This document shows positions 1 through 7,247 of a stretch of 64,000 nucleotides of DNA, one piece after another (position 1 is the first letter of the stretch; each line of letters begins with the position of its first letter). The stretch comes from Candidatus Aldehydirespirator sp. (GTDB lineage: Bacteria > Actinomycetota > Acidimicrobiia > Acidimicrobiales > Aldehydirespiratoraceae). A model generated the notes under the pieces. It worked only from the letters and a program-made list of their open reading frames with translations, ran no database searches and was not told the origin of the DNA. A program made the position numbers and the translations under genes. Location: NCBI GenBank assembly GCA_965220645.1, contig OZ244836.1, positions 1,472,237-1,536,236 of the forward strand, in the 5' to 3' direction.

Positions 1-733
1 CGCCGGCGGCGCTGAGTTCGGAGATGGAGAGAACGTCTGTGGCTGCGACGGCGCCAACGACGATCGTGGCCGGGCTGGCCACCCGGAGGTGACGCAGGCC
101 GGCCAGGTCGGTACGGTCGACGCGCTGGCTCCGGGTCGTGGCCGCGCTGATCACCGCCACCGGGGTGTCGTCGGCCATGCCGCCGGCCCGCAGCCGGTCG
201 GCGATCTGGGTGGTTCGGGCCGCTCCCATCAGGATCACCAGGGTGGTTCCGGCCTGGGCCAGGGCGTCCCAGTCCAGCCACCGCGAAGACGACGGGTCCT
301 GGTGGGCCGTGACCACGGTGAACCCGCTGGAGACCCCTCGAAGGGTGACGGGGATGCCGGCTGCTGCCGGCGCGGCCACGGCCGAGGTCACTCCGGGGAC
401 GACCTCGGTGTCGATACCGGCCGCACACAGCGCTGAGGCCTCCTCGCCGCCGCGCCCGAACACGAACGGATCCCCACCCTTGAGGCGCACGACCCGCTCG
501 AACCGCCGGCCGCGATCGATGAGAATGGCGTTGATGTCGTCCTGGGATGGGCTCGGGGCCCCCGGCGTCTTGCCGACGTCGATGCGCTCGGCCCACGGTG
601 GTGCGAGGTCGACGACGGCTGGATCAACGAGCCGATCGTGGACGACGACATCGGCCTGGCGCAGCAGGTTGACAGCCCGGATGGTCAGCAACTCAGGATC
701 GCCGGGACCCCCGCCCACAAGATGCACGGTCAC
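1..733 (-). CDS. cobA: uroporphyrinogen-III C-methyltransferase (SUMT); 3' end runs off the window
   Basis: Own translation of the minus strand from GTG at 733 gives VTVHLVGGGPGDPELLTIRAVNLLRQADVVVHDRLV...VRLKGGDPFVFGRGGEE. The frame is open to position 2. It is absent from the ORF track because there is no stop in the window. GTGA overlap with the upstream stop at 730-733. Confidence 0.85.
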   Translation of the reverse strand, partial: MTVHLVGGGPGDPELLTIRAVNLLRQADVVVHDRLVDPAVVDLAPPWAERIDVGKTPGAPSPSQDDINAILIDRGRRFERVVRLKGGDPFVFGRGGEEASALCAAGIDTEVVPGVTSAVAAPAAAGIPVTLRGVSSGFTVVTAHQDPSSSRWLDWDALAQAGTTLVILMGAARTTQIADRLRAGGMADDTPVAVISAATTRSQRVDRTDLAGLRHLRVASPATIVVGAVAATDVLSISELSAAG

Positions 734-1395
734 GATGCCAGCGCCTCCGTGGTTGCGGCCTCGGGCGTGTCGAGGCCGAGGTGACACCGCAGGAGGGACC
801 GGGCCTCGGCGGCGCGCCCCACCCTCACGAGTTCGAGCAGCCCACTGTCGAGCGCGGCATCCCAACCCGGTACTTCCGATGTTCGGAAGGCGGTCCGGGC
901 CTCGGTCCTCGCCTCGGCCAGCAGGTCCAGCAGGGTCGCGTAGCCGGAGTCGATCTCCCGCTCGATCCGCTGCCGGAGCCAACGGGCCAGGGCGGGGCTG
1001 CGGCCACCGGTGGCCACGGCCACCTGCAGGTCACCGCGCCTGGCCACCGACGGAAGGGTGAATGTGCAGTTGGCCGGATCGTCAGCTGAGTTGACGAAGA
1101 CGTTGGCGGCTTCGCAATCCCGGGCCACCTGGGCGTTCACCTCGGGGTCGTTCGTGGCCGTGACGACCAGCCGGTAGGAGCCTGCCTCCGGCGGCTGGTA
1201 TCTCCGTCGTTGCCACGTCACCTCGGCTTGCTCGGCGATCGCGTCCGCGGCCGCCGGGGCGACCACGGTCACACGGGCTCCTGCTCGGAGCAGCGCCTCC
1301 ACCTTGCGGGCCGCGATCGGACCTCCGCCGACAACCAGGACGGGTTGTCCGGCCAGGCACAGGTTCACCGGGTAGGGGACTGGCGTACTGGTCAT
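730..1395 (-). CDS. precorrin-2 dehydrogenase / sirohydrochlorin ferrochelatase (siroheme synthase N-terminal type, SirC/Met8-like)
   Basis: ORF 730..1467. The start is trimmed to the ATG at 1395 (MTSTPVPYPVNLCLAGQPVLVVGGGPIAARKVEALLRAGARVTVVAP), which carries a Rossmann GGGxxA motif. Translationally coupled to cobA. Confidence 0.85.
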   Translation of the reverse strand: MTSTPVPYPVNLCLAGQPVLVVGGGPIAARKVEALLRAGARVTVVAPAAADAIAEQAEVTWQRRRYQPPEAGSYRLVVTATNDPEVNAQVARDCEAANVFVNSADDPANCTFTLPSVARRGDLQVAVATGGRSPALARWLRQRIEREIDSGYATLLDLLAEARTEARTAFRTSEVPGWDAALDSGLLELVRVGRAAEARSLLRCHLGLDTPEAATTEALAS

Positions 1396-1515
1396 CCGAA
1401 TACGATAATTCCGATAAGATAAGTCAGGATTTGAGATGGTAGCGCAGGCGCGACCGCGATACAACACAAAGCCGATCAGATTTGTCAGGAATGATGCTGT
1501 GCTGGCTCTGGGGCG

Positions 1516-1869
1516 TCAACCGCGGCTGTCGGCCCGCACGTGTTGTGAGGATCGCCGGGTGGCCCGGGCGATTCGCCACATGATGAATGCGACCGCGACG
1601 GCCACTGCGCCCAGGGTGGCGAACTGGAGGCTCCCGCCCCGATCGCCGGACTGCTGGGGCTTGGGTCCGGCTTCGGGTGAGCCGATGATCCGGTCGGCGC
1701 CGGCAGGGATCTCATACACGGGTTTGAGGTCGTCGCCGGTGTCGACCGGCAGAGGCTCCTCGTCGCCCTCGTGAGCCGCGGCGCCGGAGTGGGCGCCGAG
1801 CAGCAGCGCTACAGCGACGACCGGGAGCAGAGCAGCCCGGCCTGCGAGTCCGCGGCGCCGGCCCCTCAC
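1516..1869 (-). CDS. small secreted/anchored hypothetical protein (117 aa): N-terminal signal-like segment plus C-terminal TM and basic tail
   Basis: In-frame part of ORF 1516..2157. GTG at 1869 overlaps the SDR stop (GTGA). Protein reads VRGRRRGLAGRAALLPVVAVALLLGAHSGAAAHE...LQFATLGAVAVAVAFIMWRIARATRR. GC3-rich codons. Confidence 0.5.
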   Translation of the reverse strand: MRGRRRGLAGRAALLPVVAVALLLGAHSGAAAHEGDEEPLPVDTGDDLKPVYEIPAGADRIIGSPEAGPKPQQSGDRGGSLQFATLGAVAVAVAFIMWRIARATRRSSQHVRADSRG

Positions 1870-2651
1870 GGCTTGGATTCCGGCCGGTACTGGGCTACCT
1901 CGCCAGTGGAGACGGTGAGGTAGGAGGGCACCTCGCCGCCGCCGTGCACCGGCACCGAAGCCCCGGACATGAACGACGCCAACGGCGAGGCGCAGAACAG
2001 CACCACGTTGGCGATCTCGCCCGGCTCCCCGAGCCGGCCGAGGGCGAGGGTCCTGCCGACGGCTTCGATTCCGGCCTCGTCGCCGTAGTAGAGGTGCGCC
2101 TGCTCGGTGCGGAGAAGCCCGACCATGACGCTGAGCACCCGGATGGACGGGCCCCACTCGTGGGCGAGCGTCTGGGTGAGGCTGTCGAGTCCCGCCTTGG
2201 CCGCTCCGTAGGCCGCTCCGGCGGGGGTGGGGCGGATGCTCGACACCGATGAGATGTTGATGATGGCCCCGCCCCCTTCCTGGGCACTCATCACAGGATG
2301 AACCGCCTGGGCGAAGGTCAGGGGAGCGATGAGGTTGAGGGCGATCACCTTCTCGTTGAACCGGGGCGACACGGTGGCGGTATTCGCAGGAGGGGCGCCG
2401 CCGGCATTGTTCACCAGCACGTCGATGCGTCCTGTCGATTGCATCGCCTCGTCGACCACCTTGGCGACCTGGTCGGGGTCGCGAACATCAGCGGCAACGA
2501 AGACGGCCTCCCTTCCGGCCGCGGCCACCGGCTCGTAGGGAGTGCGCCGGGCACACACCACGACATGGGCACCGTGCTCGAGGAACCTCCTGGCGATGAC
2601 GCGCCCGAGGCCCGCTGTGCCGCCGGTGACGATCACGGTCCGGCCGGTCAT
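1866..2651 (-). CDS. SDR family oxidoreductase
   Basis: ORF 1866..2732, trimmed to the ATG at 2651 (MTGRTVIVTGGTAGLGRVIARRF). Contains TGxxxGxG, NNAG and YxxxK (YGAAKAG) motifs. Confidence 0.9.
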   Translation of the reverse strand: MTGRTVIVTGGTAGLGRVIARRFLEHGAHVVVCARRTPYEPVAAAGREAVFVAADVRDPDQVAKVVDEAMQSTGRIDVLVNNAGGAPPANTATVSPRFNEKVIALNLIAPLTFAQAVHPVMSAQEGGGAIINISSVSSIRPTPAGAAYGAAKAGLDSLTQTLAHEWGPSIRVLSVMVGLLRTEQAHLYYGDEAGIEAVGRTLALGRLGEPGEIANVVLFCASPLASFMSGASVPVHGGGEVPSYLTVSTGEVAQYRPESKP

Positions 2652-2738
2652 GTCGAGAGGATTGTCGGGCACGCGGCGCTCCCCGGATTGGCAGGCCCTC
2701 CAGGCCTGGCTCCGCCTCGAAGCTATCGCCACCTGGGA

Positions 2739-2935
2739 ATTGGCAGCGTTGGGTTCCCGGTTTGGCGTCGTCCACTGCCAGTTCGCGGATCGGGCTGGGG
2801 GGTGTTGGGGATTGGCAGCGTTGGGTTCCCGGTTTGGCGTCGTCCACTGCCAGTTCGCGGATCGGGCTGGGGGGTGTTGGGGATTGGCAGCGTTGGGTTC
2901 CCGGTTTGGCGTCGTCCGCTGCCAGTTCGCGGGGG
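2739..2935. repeat. 72-bp tandem repeat, 2.7 copies (copies 1 and 2 identical)
   Basis: The unit ATTGGCAGCGTTGGGTTCCCGGTTTGGCGTCGTCCACTGCCAGTTCGCGGATCGGGCTGGGGGGTGTTGGGG starts at 2739, 2811 and 2883. The third copy has one A>G change and then diverges after about 52 nt. It lies in the 323-nt divergent intergenic region between the SDR start (2651) and the CoA-transferase start (2975). Confidence 0.95.
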
Positions 2936-2974
2936 CGGTGGCGTGGTGGTTGCTGGCGCTCTACGGTCGGGCCG

Positions 2975-3850
2975 ATGGCCGACAAGCGCATGACCGAAGA
3001 CGAGGTGGTAGCCGAGCTCAGCAGCGGCATGACCATCGGCATCGGTGGCTGGGGCTCGCGCCGCAAGCCGATGTCGCTGGTGCGGGCCATCCTCCGCAGC
3101 GATCTGCGGGACCTTCACGTGGCGAGCTATGGCGGACCGGATGTCGGCTTGCTGTGCGCCGCGGGGCGCGTTCGGAAGATCACCTACGGCTTCGTGTCTC
3201 TCGACTCCATCCCGCTGGAGCCGCACTTCCGGATTGCCCGCCAGACCGGTTCCGTGGTGGCCCGCGAGTTCGACGAGGGCGCCTTCTACCTCGGCCTGCT
3301 GGCAGCGGTGCACCGGGTGCCCTTCTACCCGACCAGGGCGGGTCTCGGATCGGACATGCTCACCTACAACCCCGATCTCAAGACGGTGACGAGCCCCTAC
3401 GGCGACGGCACCGAACTGGTGGCCGTGCCGGCCTTCGACATCGACGTGTCGCTGGTGCACATGAACCGGGCCGACGCGGCCGGCAACGGGCAGTTCCTCG
3501 GACCGGACCTGTATTTCGACGACCTGTTCGCCATGGCCGCCAAGCGCACCTTCATGTCGTGCGAGCGGGTGGTGCCCACAGAGGACCTGCTGAAGGAGGG
3601 CTCGGTCCACACCCTCAAGATCCCGCGCCTGCACACCGACGGCGTCGTGGAGGCCCCTGGCGGCGCCCACTTCACCGAGTGCCCTCCCGACTACGGCCGC
3701 GACGAGGCGTTCCAGAGGGAGTACGCGACAACGGCGCGGGATCCCGAGGCTTGGGGCCAGTTCAAGGCCGACTGGCTGGACCTGCCCTCCCACGACGACT
3801 ACCGGGCTCGCCTAGCCGATCGGGCCGAGTCCGCCGGAGCAGAACGATGA
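2975..3850 (+). CDS. CoA-transferase subunit A (glutaconate/3-oxoacid CoA-transferase family)
   Basis: ORF 2762..3850, trimmed to the ATG at 2975 (MADKRMTEDEVVAELSSGMTIGIGGWGSRRKPMSLVRAI). The upstream part of the ORF consists of the tandem repeat. Confidence 0.85.
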   Translation: MADKRMTEDEVVAELSSGMTIGIGGWGSRRKPMSLVRAILRSDLRDLHVASYGGPDVGLLCAAGRVRKITYGFVSLDSIPLEPHFRIARQTGSVVAREFDEGAFYLGLLAAVHRVPFYPTRAGLGSDMLTYNPDLKTVTSPYGDGTELVAVPAFDIDVSLVHMNRADAAGNGQFLGPDLYFDDLFAMAAKRTFMSCERVVPTEDLLKEGSVHTLKIPRLHTDGVVEAPGGAHFTECPPDYGRDEAFQREYATTARDPEAWGQFKADWLDLPSHDDYRARLADRAESAGAER

Positions 3851-3893
3851 GCTGGCCCGTGCCCGCCCGGGAATTCGGATCGGAGAAGGCGCC

Positions 3894-4670
3894 ATGAGCG
3901 ACGCGACGATCGATGAGATCTGCCTGGTGGCGCTGGCCGAGGCCTTCCGGGGAGACGGCGAGCTGCTGTGCCATCCGATGGGTCCGTTCCCGGTGGCGGC
4001 GGGCAGGCTGGCACGGGCCAGCTTCGAGCCCGACCTCATGCTCACCGACACGATCGCCTACGCCGTGGTGGGCACGCTGCCGTTGGGGGTAACCGTTGAC
4101 GCTCCCGGCGGCGAGGACGAGGGCATCGTGGTCGAGGGCTACCTGCCGTTCCGCACGGTCTTCGACCAAGCCTGGTCGGGGCATCGCCACGTCGTGATGG
4201 GTGCCAGCCAGATCGACCGGCACGGAAACCAGAACTTCGCCGCCATCGGTGACTATCGAAAGCCCAAGGCCCAGCTTCTCGGTCTGCGCGGGGCGCCCGG
4301 CAACGTGATCAACCACACCACCAGCTACTGGATCCCCAACCAGGCTCGCGCCTTCTGCCAGAGCGTCGACGTGGTGTCCGGTCCGGGCCATGACCGGGTG
4401 GCGGTGCTGCCCGAGCCCAGCGGGCGTTTCCACGAGATCCGCAGGGTCGTGACGGAGCTCGCGGCCTACGACTTCGAGACTTGCGACCGCACCATGCGTC
4501 TGCGGTCCATCCATCCCGGCGTATCGCTTGAGGACGTCCTGGCAGCCTCCCCCTTCGAGCTCTCAGTGCCCGAAGATGTTCCGGCCAGCCGGCTCCCCAC
4601 CGACGAGGAACTGCACCTCATCCGCAACGTGATCGACCCCACGGGCATCCGCAAGCGCGAGTTTCGTTGA
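3894..4670 (+). CDS. CoA-transferase subunit B-like
   Basis: ORF 3894..4670. GGAGAAGG lies upstream of the ATG. It sits immediately downstream of subunit A, the typical A/B pair arrangement. Confidence 0.8.
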   Translation: MSDATIDEICLVALAEAFRGDGELLCHPMGPFPVAAGRLARASFEPDLMLTDTIAYAVVGTLPLGVTVDAPGGEDEGIVVEGYLPFRTVFDQAWSGHRHVVMGASQIDRHGNQNFAAIGDYRKPKAQLLGLRGAPGNVINHTTSYWIPNQARAFCQSVDVVSGPGHDRVAVLPEPSGRFHEIRRVVTELAAYDFETCDRTMRLRSIHPGVSLEDVLAASPFELSVPEDVPASRLPTDEELHLIRNVIDPTGIRKREFR

Positions 4671-4714
4671 CACTCAATACGCTGCCCCAGTTGACACTCA
4701 ATACGCTGCCCCAT
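4667..4714. repeat. 24-nt perfect tandem duplication (TTGACACTCAATACGCTGCCCCAG/T x2)
   Basis: The same 23-24 nt is read at 4667-4690 and 4691-4714. The first copy contains the TGA stop of the CoA-transferase B gene. It marks the left edge of the lower-GC patch. Confidence 0.9.
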
Positions 4715-4881
4715 AGGGCATTTGAATTGGGGCTTATGTCGGATGGTGCCGAAGGCCGGTGATGGCTAGGGGGTTTTGCGACGTGGCTTGTGGTGCATCA
4801 ACGCTTCGCCCAGTGCTTCGGCGCTGGGGGCGTTGACGGCGATGGGTTCTTCGTGCTGTTACCGGAGGACGGTGAAACGAC

Positions 4882-6102
4882 CTAGGGGCATTCTCGTTGT
4901 AGTACGGCCATCGTTTCGGCGTAGCCGTCGAGTGGGAACACGGCGGTACCGATGGCGACTTGGTCTTCCCAGTAGCCGTTCCATGACATGACGAACACGG
5001 TGGACGTGTCAGGGTCACGCGCTGCGGCATCCAGGTCGTCGGTCCATCCGACTGCGTCGAGCAGGCCGTCGCCTTCGCCTCGGAGACGCCATGACCCGAA
5101 TCCTGTGGTTCCGTCGTCAAACCCCCAGTCTGTGGCGATGAGATCAGTACCCGCAGGCGCATAGATGAAGGCGTTGGGCCACCACAACAGCCACGATCTC
5201 AGGCAGCTGACCCACAGCGCTGGGGCGAGGTCTGGTGTGGTCTGTGGTCCTTCCCAGTAGGTGGCTTGAACCTCTGCCCATGGAATGCCGTCCACATAGT
5301 CGATGTACCAACTCTGTGTCGGGGTAGGGGTCGTCTCTGGAACGCTGCCGACTGGTTCGGGATCGGCTGCGGCTGTTCGGTACCCGCTACGCAGTCTGGG
5401 CAGTTGCGACAACAGTTCCGAAGCGGTCACGGCGTAGCCGATGCCTTCCACGTCCACGTCGACGATCTTCTGAACCACCATCCCTGCCACGTCACCGCAC
5501 TCGGTGAGCAGTGGTCCGCCGCTGTTGCCGGGGTTCATGGCGGTGTCAGTCAGCAGCAACTCTCCCAAGAAGATGTCACGTTCAAGGCGTGAGATGACAC
5601 CGCGAGTGACCGACGGTTCGGACTCGCCGTAGAGCGGGTAACCCGCAGCCAGCACGTCCGAACCTACTCCCGGTGCATCTTGTGCCAGCAGAACCGTCGG
5701 CGATTCGGTGGCGGCATCCAACAACGCGACGTCGGTGTCGTGGTCGATGCCTACCACAGACGCTCCGATTTCCTTGGATCCGTGACGTAGCACAACCCCG
5801 TCTGAGTCGCCTACGACGTGCGCAGCGGTGATCCACTCGCCGTCACCGATATGGAACGCAGTACCGTGACCGTCTTCGGCTTCGACCATCCACACCGCGT
5901 CGAGCGCGCCCCGCAGTTCGCACGCTGCGGCCGTCGTTGTAGTGGTGGACCCGTTCTCGGTGGCGGCTGTGGTTGTGGCTGGTGCGGACACGGCGATGGT
6001 CGTGGCGGTGGTGATCGTGGGCGGCGCTGCCTGCGGATCGGTGGCACATCCCGCCAACGCCAACACCAACACCATCGCAGCAACGGCTGCGGTTCGGGAC
6101 AT
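4882..6102 (-). CDS. trypsin-like (S1/HtrA-type) serine protease lipoprotein with a C-terminal domain of about 170 aa and unknown function
   Basis: ORF 4882..6102. Lipobox VLALAGC. Catalytic triad contexts are WITAAHVV, DTDVALL and NPGNSGGPLL. I do not recognise the Trp-rich C-terminal half. Confidence 0.85.
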   Translation of the reverse strand: MSRTAAVAAMVLVLALAGCATDPQAAPPTITTATTIAVSAPATTTAATENGSTTTTTAAACELRGALDAVWMVEAEDGHGTAFHIGDGEWITAAHVVGDSDGVVLRHGSKEIGASVVGIDHDTDVALLDAATESPTVLLAQDAPGVGSDVLAAGYPLYGESEPSVTRGVISRLERDIFLGELLLTDTAMNPGNSGGPLLTECGDVAGMVVQKIVDVDVEGIGYAVTASELLSQLPRLRSGYRTAAADPEPVGSVPETTPTPTQSWYIDYVDGIPWAEVQATYWEGPQTTPDLAPALWVSCLRSWLLWWPNAFIYAPAGTDLIATDWGFDDGTTGFGSWRLRGEGDGLLDAVGWTDDLDAAARDPDTSTVFVMSWNGYWEDQVAIGTAVFPLDGYAETMAVLQRECP

Positions 6103-6338
6103 GGCGGCTCCCCTCGGCGCGGACTAGGGGGTTCTTTGCCGTCGAATACCGTGCACCCGAAACCGAAGGGAGCCTCGGGAACCCTATTGGTCCGCGTCAT
6201 GTTCGGATGCGATTACGGAAGCGGCTGACTTCCACAGCGTTCGACGGTAACCAGCAACCTAGACGGGGCCGTCCCAACGGACAAGCCCGGAGGGTCTGCC
6301 CACCGCGGACCATGCCTGCTCTAAGCTCGTCTCAAGAC

Positions 6339-6368
6339 GAACGCCGCCAGTTGCCACTGGCGGCGTTC
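6339..6368. other. perfect 13-bp stem / 4-nt loop hairpin
   Basis: GAACGCCGCCAGT-tgcc-ACTGGCGGCGTTC, read directly. It is intergenic, upstream of the protease on the minus strand and upstream of the 6400 small ORF on the plus strand. There is no clear U-tract. Confidence 0.6.
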
Positions 6369-6399
6369 AACGAGCCCATAGAGGAGGACCCGGACCTTG

Positions 6400-6603
6400 A
6401 TGAACACCAAGACCCTAGGAGAACGTGCCCGTGAACATGCGCCAAGGAACCGTCGGGTGAAGCCAGGCTTTCAGCCGCCGCTGGCGAACACCCTGTGGCA
6501 GTATCAACTTGAGGACGAATACTTGGAGCAGCTGCTCGCCGAGAACACGCAGCGGATGGCCGACCTGGATGAACAGGCAGCCAAGGGCCTGATCCCGCGA
6601 TGA
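6400..6603 (+). CDS. hypothetical small protein (67 aa)
   Basis: ORF 6397..6603. AGGAGGA lies 10 nt upstream of the ATG at 6400. No recognisable family. Confidence 0.35.
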   Translation: MNTKTLGERAREHAPRNRRVKPGFQPPLANTLWQYQLEDEYLEQLLAENTQRMADLDEQAAKGLIPR

Positions 6604-6652
6604 TCACGGGATCGGGACAAGCCGATCAGGATGCGATGACGAAGGCGATCCG

Positions 6653-6841
6653 GTGAGTTGTCTGTGCAGATGCGGCGAGTCCCCAGCCAGCGCTGAGAGT
6701 TCGTTCGTCCCCGGCCACGACGGGGTACTCATCCAGAAACTGCTGAACGCCATGGGCGGCCACGAACCCTTGCGCAACCTTGTAGAGGTCTACCTGCGTC
6801 GGCAAGTCAGCGACGACGACCTGACGTGGCGTCGCGTCTGA
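6653..6841 (+). CDS. hypothetical small protein (62 aa) with CxCxCG...FxPGHD motif
   Basis: ORF 6653..6841, GTG start. The N-terminus reads SCLCRCGESPASAESSFVPGHDGVL. Confidence 0.3.
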   Translation: MSCLCRCGESPASAESSFVPGHDGVLIQKLLNAMGGHEPLRNLVEVYLRRQVSDDDLTWRRV

Positions 6842-6874
6842 CGGTTCGCACTGCTTGGCCCAAACCCCTAGCAG

Positions 6875-7167
6875 TTACGCGACCACCCACTCGCGGAACC
6901 CAACATTGCTGTCGGCCAGCGCCGTGCCAGTGCGGGTGCTGAACCGGCGACGGCAGCCATGACACCAAAAACGCTGCGACGGATGCCGCGCACCGTCCTG
7001 CGCATCGTCACAGTCACAATGCGGACAGCGCACCCGTCAGGCCAGCGACGATCAATGAACCACGCCTCCGCCGCCGCGTCGTCAGGGAACCTGCGGAACA
7101 GTTCCGCCAGACTCAGACCCTGCCGGTCGCTGCGACCAGGAGCACGATGCTTGGAGTTCGTAGCCAT
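6875..7167 (-). pseudogene. IS1595-family (ISXO2-like) transposase remnant: N-terminal zinc-ribbon only, frameshifted, DDE domain absent
   Basis: ORF 6868..7236 reads MATNSKHRAPGRSDRQGLSLAELFRRFPDDAAAEAWFIDRRWPDG and then becomes nonsense. Shifting one frame after RWPDG restores VRCPHCDCDDAQDGARHPSQRFWCHGCRRRFSTRTGTALADSNVGFREWVVA*, which ends at TAA 6875-6877. Confidence 0.7.
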
Positions 7168-7247
7168 AACCCCACAGCAGCCAAGGGGTGTCACAGCACT
7201 ACAGCCTCCACTAGGGGTTGGCACCATCCGACACAAGCCCCTTTAAA

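Noticed and set aside
138-1061. Long ORFs with Arg/Ala/Pro/Gly-rich, low-complexity translations. Examples: 138..1061, 2723..3793, 14155..16215, 15893..16894, 17481..18746, 21278..22969, 27365..29107, 30376..32247, 45050..47080, 51820..53601, 53617..55836, 56628..58208, 58789..60384, 60883..62208.
   Set aside because: They lie antisense to or out of frame with genes that have clear family motifs. Stop-poor alternative frames are expected at about 70% GC, and none carries a recognisable motif.
2739-2935. CRISPR array, or a sigma-54 promoter (TGGCAG...), within the 72-bp repeats.
   Set aside because: The repeats are directly abutting with no unique spacers and no cas genes, so this is not a CRISPR array. 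The TGGCAG-N-TTGG spacing does not fit the GG-N10-GC geometry, and Actinomycetota generally lack sigma-54.
2762-2974. The 72-bp repeats read as an N-terminal extension of CoA-transferase A (ORF 2762..3850, repeating LASSTASSRIGLGGVGDWQRWVPG).
   Set aside because: Family-typical N-terminus starts at the ATG at 2975. The extension would need a TTG start inside a repeat, and it is compositionally odd. The open frame follows simply from the 72-nt (3n) period.
4734-4881. A possible gene fragment between the 24-nt duplication and the protease stop (minus-frame tail ...QHEEPIAVNAPSAEALGEALMHHKPRRKTP*).
   Set aside because: It is too short, has no start, and matches no motif I recognise. It cannot be supported from the sequence alone.
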